Of a DNA stretch of 64,000 nt, positions 58,721 to 64,000 are shown piece by piece. Each line of letters starts with the position of its first letter. The first letter of the stretch is position 1. Source of the stretch: Deltaproteobacteria bacterium (GTDB lineage: Bacteria; Desulfobacterota; Syntrophia; Syntrophales; UBA2185). The notes below the pieces were generated by a model that did not search any database, was not told where the DNA came from, and saw only the letters and a program-made list of their open reading frames with translations. The DNA lies in assembly GCA_026388545.1 (NCBI GenBank), contig JAPLJS010000105.1, forward strand, positions 2,507-66,506, written 5' to 3'. The position numbers and the translations under genes were made by a program.

Positions 58721-58955
58721 GGCAGGACCGTTGCTGATCCTGCCTTCATTATAAAACCGCAATTTAAGGTTTAGTTCCTCACAACTACCCTTGCTCCAGC
58801 AATAACGTCACGCCCCACAGTTCATTGAATTATCGTTCTCCATCAACGGATGCCTTTCTATTCTCCTAAAAAAGCAGATTTCTAATTTAAAACATAGTAC
58901 ATGTTCCGGGGCCAGATCACCACAATTCAAATGTACCGGTTTTCTGTTTATGATC

Positions 58956-59735
58956 CTATTCGTAAAATTTCGGCGCCTGCTTGTAAGCTTTCCAGCCTTC
59001 CGGATCGTGCCCCGTTACGATCTGAGCTCCATGAAGTGATTGTAGAGCCTTCATCCTTTCAACGGACTTTACAGATTCCCCGAAATTCCATGCGAGACCG
59101 GATAGTACATTGTTGTTCAAATTTTCCAATGTATAACACGAATCAGCTGCGAAAAACATGGGGCCTGTTTTCGGCAAGTTCACAAGAATGGATTGATGTC
59201 CCGGTGTGTGGCCAGGAGTAAGATAAATGATGAGTTTACCGTCATTGAATAAATCGAATTTATCATCTCTCCAGCCATTCAATATAAGCCAGTCGACCGG
59301 CTTATCAAAATCTTTACGAATGTAGGCAAGCTTCATAAAGTAATCGGGGGTATAGGCATAGTGCAACTCATCACGCTGTACAATGTACCTTGCATTAGGG
59401 AAATGCCCTACGCATCCTGCATGATCGAGATGGAGATGTGATAAAATGACATACTTGACATCTTTGGGTTTATATCCCACTTTCTGAATCGCATTCACAC
59501 ACCACTGCTCTTCTGACATGACAGGGTCATACGCGGCCAAGATATCTCCCCAGTGAGCCTTTTTGTTTTTTACCACCTCCAGGGCGTTCCCGGTATCAAA
59601 AAGAACAATCCCTTTGGGATGTTCAATGAGTAGAAAAGGCACCGGGACGTCAAATGGTTCCCCAACACCTAATCCCATTGTGAAATACTGCTTATAACTC
59701 TTCAAAACACCCGCTTCAAAAAAATAAAGTTTCAT
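58956..59735 (-). CDS. MBL-fold metallo-hydrolase (AHL-lactonase-like subgroup)
   Basis: 259 aa with the HLHLDHAG (HxHxDH) motif and TPGHTPGH. Confidence 0.85.
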   Translation of the reverse strand: MKLYFFEAGVLKSYKQYFTMGLGVGEPFDVPVPFLLIEHPKGIVLFDTGNALEVVKNKKAHWGDILAAYDPVMSEEQWCVNAIQKVGYKPKDVKYVILSHLHLDHAGCVGHFPNARYIVQRDELHYAYTPDYFMKLAYIRKDFDKPVDWLILNGWRDDKFDLFNDGKLIIYLTPGHTPGHQSILVNLPKTGPMFFAADSCYTLENLNNNVLSGLAWNFGESVKSVERMKALQSLHGAQIVTGHDPEGWKAYKQAPKFYE

Positions 59736-59760
59736 CTTTTTTCTCCTTGTCTATGTAGAA

Positions 59761-60255
59761 TTATGCTTGGGATGACTTGGTAAACCAAGCCGGAATCTTT
59801 ATCGACAAATACCCCAGACCGATGCCGATGACCAAGGCCAGCAGGCTGAAGAAAATGTTCTCCAGGGCAAATGCGTCTTTGCTCTTGAAGTGCCCGAAGG
59901 TGACGGCGAAGAAGACGGCGAAAGCCCCAAAGGCTGCCGGCGCCAGGGCGAATGCTTTCCAATTCATCATCAACACCAGCGCCATCGCTGCCACCCCGAC
60001 GGCGATCGATATCGATAGAATACCGGCTTCTCCTTCGAGTTTGAGGCCGTACAGACAGAGATAGCCGAACAAAACACCAACCAATGTCGGCGCCCCTACT
60101 TTGGCTATAGCTTTTGCGTCGTCGCCGGCCACAAAGAAAAAAGCCCAACCGACAAAAGCCGCCCACGTCGGCCAACCCAACTTAATTGAACAATAGGTCC
60201 ACAAAGCCGCTAAGATGCCCACGCTCAGCGATAGTGGAAAGTATAGCAATTTCAT
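59761..60255 (-). CDS. DUF1097-like integral membrane protein
   Basis: 164 aa with four or five hydrophobic helices, Gly/Ala-rich. The family assignment is from memory only. Confidence 0.65.
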   Translation of the reverse strand: MKLLYFPLSLSVGILAALWTYCSIKLGWPTWAAFVGWAFFFVAGDDAKAIAKVGAPTLVGVLFGYLCLYGLKLEGEAGILSISIAVGVAAMALVLMMNWKAFALAPAAFGAFAVFFAVTFGHFKSKDAFALENIFFSLLALVIGIGLGYLSIKIPAWFTKSSQA

Positions 60256-60409
60256 TTATTCCCCCTCCTTCCTTCTTATGTTATAGGATTTTCAAGTCAG
60301 AACGATAAAAATTATTTTGAGAAAGTCCCCTCCTTTCTTTTAGAATCTATTTGTAAGTTCCTGTTTGTTGCTCCCCCATCAACCGCTTGAAGGGTTTTCG
60401 GTGCGGCGT

Positions 60410-61717
60410 TTAAGCATCGACCCGGAAGCCATAAAGCTCTCTGCATTCATCCCGAAGCTGATTCCTGAACTGGGGGTGGGCAATCTGGATTAATGCCTCA
60501 GCCCTCTGCTTGACGGTTTTGCCCTTCAGTTTAGCAATTCCGTATTCCGTAACCACATAGTCCACATCGTTACGCGAGGTTGTTACAGCCTGACCCGGCA
60601 TGAGTGTAGCCGCAATCCTAGATACCGTACCTTTCGCTGCGGTTGCAGGCAAGGCAATAATGCTCCGCCCTCCGCGAGAACGGGCTGCACCGCGTACAAA
60701 ATCTACTTGCCCGCCGACCCCACTGTATTGCGTTGTCCCAAGAGTGTCTGCTGCGACTTGGCCAAGTAGATCCACCAGCAGTGCTGAATTGATGGCTACA
60801 ATATTGTCGTTTTGTGCAATGTTGAAAGGATCATTGGTATAATTGACAGGATACGCTTCAATCATCGAATTGTCATTGAGCCACTCATAAAATTTACTTG
60901 TCCCCATGGCGAAAGTAATGACGATTTTTCCTGTGTGGAATGTTTTCTTGCGACAATTGATAATGCCCTCGTTAACTAACTTCATGGCGCCATCTGAAAT
61001 CATCTCTGAATGAATACCGAGATCCTTCTTTTCACCCAGGAATGTTAAGACTGCATCTGGAATTTCACCTATTCCAAGTTGCAAACAGTCACCATCCTTT
61101 ATAAGGTTCGCGACATTACTGCCAATGGCTTTTTCCACCTCACCAATGACCGGAGGAGTGAGTTCAATTAGCGGCTCTTCGGAGGGGACAAAATAATGAA
61201 TATCACTAACGTGAAGATATGAGTTACCCCCAACACGAGGCATGTTAGGATTAACTTGAGCAATGACCGTTTTGGCACTCAACGCAGCCTGCCGCGTATA
61301 GTCGACGGATATACCAAGACACACAAACCCACACTTATCCGGAGGAGATACGTGGATCAGTGCCACATCCACGGGTAATATTTTGTCTCTGAAAAGCAGG
61401 GGAATTTCGTGAAAAAAACAAGGCGTATAGTCGCCACGTCCTTCCTTGATAGCCTTTCTGCTGGTTCCACCCACATAAAGTGCATTATGTCGAAAAGATT
61501 TTTCATACTCCGGCAAGCAGTAGCGTGCCTTGCCCATGGAGACCATATGAACGATCTCCACATTCAATAGCTCCCCTGCACGATCAACCATTGCCTCGAC
61601 TAGACTTTTAGGCTCACCACACGCATGGGCCGTAACCACCCGATCCCCGGATTTGACCTTTGTTACGGCTTCAGGGGCTGTAACAGTTCGTCCATTAAAA
61701 TGATCTTGCCAATTCAT
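60410..61717 (-). CDS. 4-hydroxybutyrate CoA-transferase / acetyl-CoA hydrolase-transferase family
   Basis: 435 aa: DHFNGRTVTAPEAV..VKSGDRV, GIGEIPDAV, the EMISDG catalytic Glu region, and GGQVDFVRGA. Confidence 0.9.
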   Translation of the reverse strand: MNWQDHFNGRTVTAPEAVTKVKSGDRVVTAHACGEPKSLVEAMVDRAGELLNVEIVHMVSMGKARYCLPEYEKSFRHNALYVGGTSRKAIKEGRGDYTPCFFHEIPLLFRDKILPVDVALIHVSPPDKCGFVCLGISVDYTRQAALSAKTVIAQVNPNMPRVGGNSYLHVSDIHYFVPSEEPLIELTPPVIGEVEKAIGSNVANLIKDGDCLQLGIGEIPDAVLTFLGEKKDLGIHSEMISDGAMKLVNEGIINCRKKTFHTGKIVITFAMGTSKFYEWLNDNSMIEAYPVNYTNDPFNIAQNDNIVAINSALLVDLLGQVAADTLGTTQYSGVGGQVDFVRGAARSRGGRSIIALPATAAKGTVSRIAATLMPGQAVTTSRNDVDYVVTEYGIAKLKGKTVKQRAEALIQIAHPQFRNQLRDECRELYGFRVDA

Positions 61718-62034
61718 GAGAACGCCTCCTTTTCCAGTTTTAATTTTTTCCGTACGATAAAACCTGCCAGTTTGCCTTCCGGCACAAGATCCAGATCAAC
61801 CGTCGACCCACCGACAAGAATCCATCTCCGGTCAAGGCTCCTGATGGCCGGACGATGCGCACATTTGACCTCGCATCCGCAAACGAGAATCGCTGTCTCC
61901 CATGGACAGGATGGTGGTCGATCCGTTGTCAGCCTGTGGCCCGGCGGCAGCAATTTCTCAATATCCCGAACCAATCCCGCGCGATCGATGTGGGGATTGC
62001 ACCCCCCGCAGTATTTTACGCCTACCAGACCCAT
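61714..62034 (-). CDS. Small cysteine-rich protein with a CGGC motif
   Basis: 106 aa: VKYCGGCNPHIDR ... ILVCGCEVKCA. A 4-nt overlap with the CoA-transferase start. Wedged between the two 4-hydroxybutyrate genes. Confidence 0.6.
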   Translation of the reverse strand: MGLVGVKYCGGCNPHIDRAGLVRDIEKLLPPGHRLTTDRPPSCPWETAILVCGCEVKCAHRPAIRSLDRRWILVGGSTVDLDLVPEGKLAGFIVRKKLKLEKEAFS

Positions 62035-62079
62035 GTCTACAAAGCACAGATACCAGATTTACATCTGCCAAATGGCCCG

Positions 62080-63531
62080 TCAATCCTTGATCCCGGCAAT
62101 TTCTTTAGCCAGTTTCTTTTTATGGTCAATATTGCCCTGGCGCGCAATCATAATCCGTTGCGCCTGGGGGGAGCCGGCGCCGTGCATGGATTCGGTGCGA
62201 TATCCGACTGCCGCGGTTCCGAGGGTGATATTCTCGATCAGCCGCAAGACCCGGCAACGATGCTCCGTCGGCACCGATGCAACTCCCTTGAGATACTTTG
62301 CCACAATTTTTCCGATCTCCGGGTTGCGAAGATCCTTTTCAGAGGCCATCGTAACCATCAATCCTCCGGCAATATCTTCGGCGAGCCTCGCGATCTCATA
62401 GGGAAGCCGGGTCACGTTCTGCTTGCAGACATTGGCCAGAAGGAGATCGATCAGGTAGTTGCCGGATGCGGTCTTGTGCCCTTCCGCCGAACAGGCGATC
62501 CCGCAGGCGTAAAGTGTTTCATTGAGATGCGTCATTTCGATCAGCTTGTCCCTGACGTGTGAAACTTTGGAAACGCCGTTGTAATCGGCGGCCAGAGCCG
62601 CCGCCCCGATGAGCACATCGCCAACGCCGACTTTACAGCCGCCGTAGCTCTGGCGATGATAGCCGGCAAAGCGCTCCACTAAGGCGCCGCTGAATTCATG
62701 CTCACCGCACATGAAGACGTTCTCCCAGGGGACGAACAGATCGTCAAAAACCATGAGGGCTTCATGGCCGCCGTACTGCAGATTGCCCACATCGATTTCG
62801 CCGCCCTCCAGTTTCCGCGTGTCGCAGGACTGACGGCCGTAAATGTAAAAGATGGCGTTGGCGTCGGCGGGTGCCACGAAGGAAACGGCATAATCGCTGT
62901 CTTCTTTCGTCATTGTGATCGTCGGCATGACAAGAATCCAGTGGGAGTTAATGGCCCCCGTCTGGTGGGCCTTCGCCCCCCGGACGACAATGCCGTCTTT
63001 CCTCTTCTCCACCACGCGCGTGTAGAGGTCCGGATCGGCCTGCTTGCTCGGCGAGAGGCTCCGGTCCCCCTTGGGGTCGGTCATGGCGCCGTCTACGGTC
63101 ATGTCTTCCTCTTGCATCATCCGCAGAAATTTATTGAACCGTTCATAATAGGTTGTGCCGAGCTTCTTGTCCATTTCGAAGGCGACGCTGTCCACGGCAT
63201 TGATGGCGTCCATTCCGACACAGCGCTGAAAGCAGGCCCCTGTCTTCTGGCCCATTAGCCGCTGCATTTTCACTTTCTTGACCAGATCCTCCGTGTTCTG
63301 GTGGATATGACAGAACCGGTTGATCTTCTGCCCGGTCAGGTGGGATTTCGCCGTCATGAGATCTTCATGCTGCGGGTCCTGGGCTAGGGCATAGGTCATT
63401 TTCACGGAATTCATCGAGGGTCTGATAATGGGATGATCGACCACATTTTTCACAAGTTCCCCCATCAGATAGACCTTGAAATTCATCCTTCGCAGACTTT
63501 CTTCATATTGTTCAGGGGTTTTCAGTGCCAC
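62080..63531 (-). CDS. abfD: 4-hydroxybutyryl-CoA dehydratase / vinylacetyl-CoA delta-isomerase
   Basis: Near-colinear with the Clostridium aminobutyricum AbfD sequence as I recall it (TPEQYEESLR..., VDGAMTDPKGDR, FAGYHRQSYGGCKVGVGDV, AVGYRTESMHGAGSPQAQRIMI). The likely GTG start at 63531 is 9 nt after AGGAGG; the track ORF extends to 63549. Confidence 0.92.
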   Translation of the reverse strand: MALKTPEQYEESLRRMNFKVYLMGELVKNVVDHPIIRPSMNSVKMTYALAQDPQHEDLMTAKSHLTGQKINRFCHIHQNTEDLVKKVKMQRLMGQKTGACFQRCVGMDAINAVDSVAFEMDKKLGTTYYERFNKFLRMMQEEDMTVDGAMTDPKGDRSLSPSKQADPDLYTRVVEKRKDGIVVRGAKAHQTGAINSHWILVMPTITMTKEDSDYAVSFVAPADANAIFYIYGRQSCDTRKLEGGEIDVGNLQYGGHEALMVFDDLFVPWENVFMCGEHEFSGALVERFAGYHRQSYGGCKVGVGDVLIGAAALAADYNGVSKVSHVRDKLIEMTHLNETLYACGIACSAEGHKTASGNYLIDLLLANVCKQNVTRLPYEIARLAEDIAGGLMVTMASEKDLRNPEIGKIVAKYLKGVASVPTEHRCRVLRLIENITLGTAAVGYRTESMHGAGSPQAQRIMIARQGNIDHKKKLAKEIAGIKD

Positions 63532-63600
63532 GGCTTTATACCTCCTCATGTGTTTGTTTCATCAGTTTTTTCAAATTAAAGCAGACGTGTTACATAAAAA

Positions 63601-63615
63601 GCACAGGATGTGCCA
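63601..63615 (-). promoter_or_regulatory. Sigma-54 promoter candidate upstream of abfD
   Basis: The - strand reads TGGCACatcctGTGC (GG-N10-GC spacing correct), about 50-70 nt upstream of the abfD start. The palindrome GTGCA-GGTT-TGCAC at 63800-63813 lies about 185 bp further upstream. Confidence 0.5.
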
Positions 63616-64000
63616 GATAAAGAAGTTTTAAATTATAACTGACAGCTAGACTCCGACACTTTTTCAGAAATCCGACATATCATCTTATAAGCATACATAA
63701 TTATTATAATTCACCTGATAAATAGTCGATGGACAGAGAGCGAAAATTTTTCCAAGAATGCTTCTACAAATTTACAAAATTCAACTTCAATCCGCATTAG
63801 TGCAGGTTTGCACCTACTAACTGTGCAATTCAGCTCCAAGGTTACACAGACCAATGTGTGAGGGATCGTCAATATGGCCGGTCAAAACACCTCTATGATG
63901 CGTTATCCTGTATTCGCAGTGCATCGCTCATGAAGAGAGAGCATAATGAGATAAAAATAATTCTTGACAGACAGGGCGAATGGAGTAGTCTCGATAATAA

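Noticed and set aside
61625-63258. 258-, 235- and 186-aa + strand ORFs opposite the CGGC and abfD genes
   Set aside because: abfD on the - strand matches a characterised enzyme almost colinearly. The + strand frames are GC-driven open frames with no start context.

Overview
This 64-kb chromosomal window is moderately AT-rich. It is mostly housekeeping and signalling genes, with two accessory or rearranged stretches and several unusually long non-coding regions. Gene content and synteny point, by inference only, to an anaerobic Desulfobacterota/Deltaproteobacteria-like bacterium: ispE-tRNA-Gln-prs-ctc-pth, rpsF-rpsR-DUF2232-rplI-dnaB, sigma-54 activators and promoters, and 4-hydroxybutyryl-CoA dehydratase plus CoA-transferase.
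Layout, left to right:
- An edge-truncated PDZ/radical-SAM gene.
- A roughly 9-kb accessory mosaic (0.6-9.7 kb). It holds a decayed transposase, small orphan genes, a PAC2-family gene, an apparently ORF-less group II intron, and a three-gene orphan operon behind a consensus sigma-70 promoter.
- An RND efflux operon with a PII-like accessory gene.
- A CHASE2 Ser/Thr kinase, PP2C phosphatase and double-FHA operon.
- A DUF4301 gene whose 3' end is duplicated (48-bp imperfect direct repeats) around a 3.3-kb insertion carrying an IS91-family transposase.
- PP-loop ATPase and LysM genes; an HD hydrolase; GerMN plus an EF-G paralog.
- A K+ channel, a cNMP-binding protein and a GAF sigma-54 activator. 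These are followed by a 0.9-kb non-coding region with three activator-type palindromes, a sigma-54 promoter and a structured candidate sRNA that has two CCUCC loops.
- ychF and a ClC channel.
- A MarR / PII-like / DUF2202-PepSY / DUF302 / SHOCT cluster.
- usp, an ArsB/NhaD transporter with a CBS protein, and the pth-ctc-prs-tRNA-Gln-ispE block.
- A heat-shock block (DAC-domain protein, clpB, htpX) divergent from rpoH.
- dnaB-rplI-DUF2232-rpsR-rpsF, then a decayed response regulator with REP-like hairpins.
- A visibly more GC-rich 4-hydroxybutyrate module.
I saw no CRISPR array or rRNA. All calls rest on reading the supplied translations and the raw sequence; no database search was possible.
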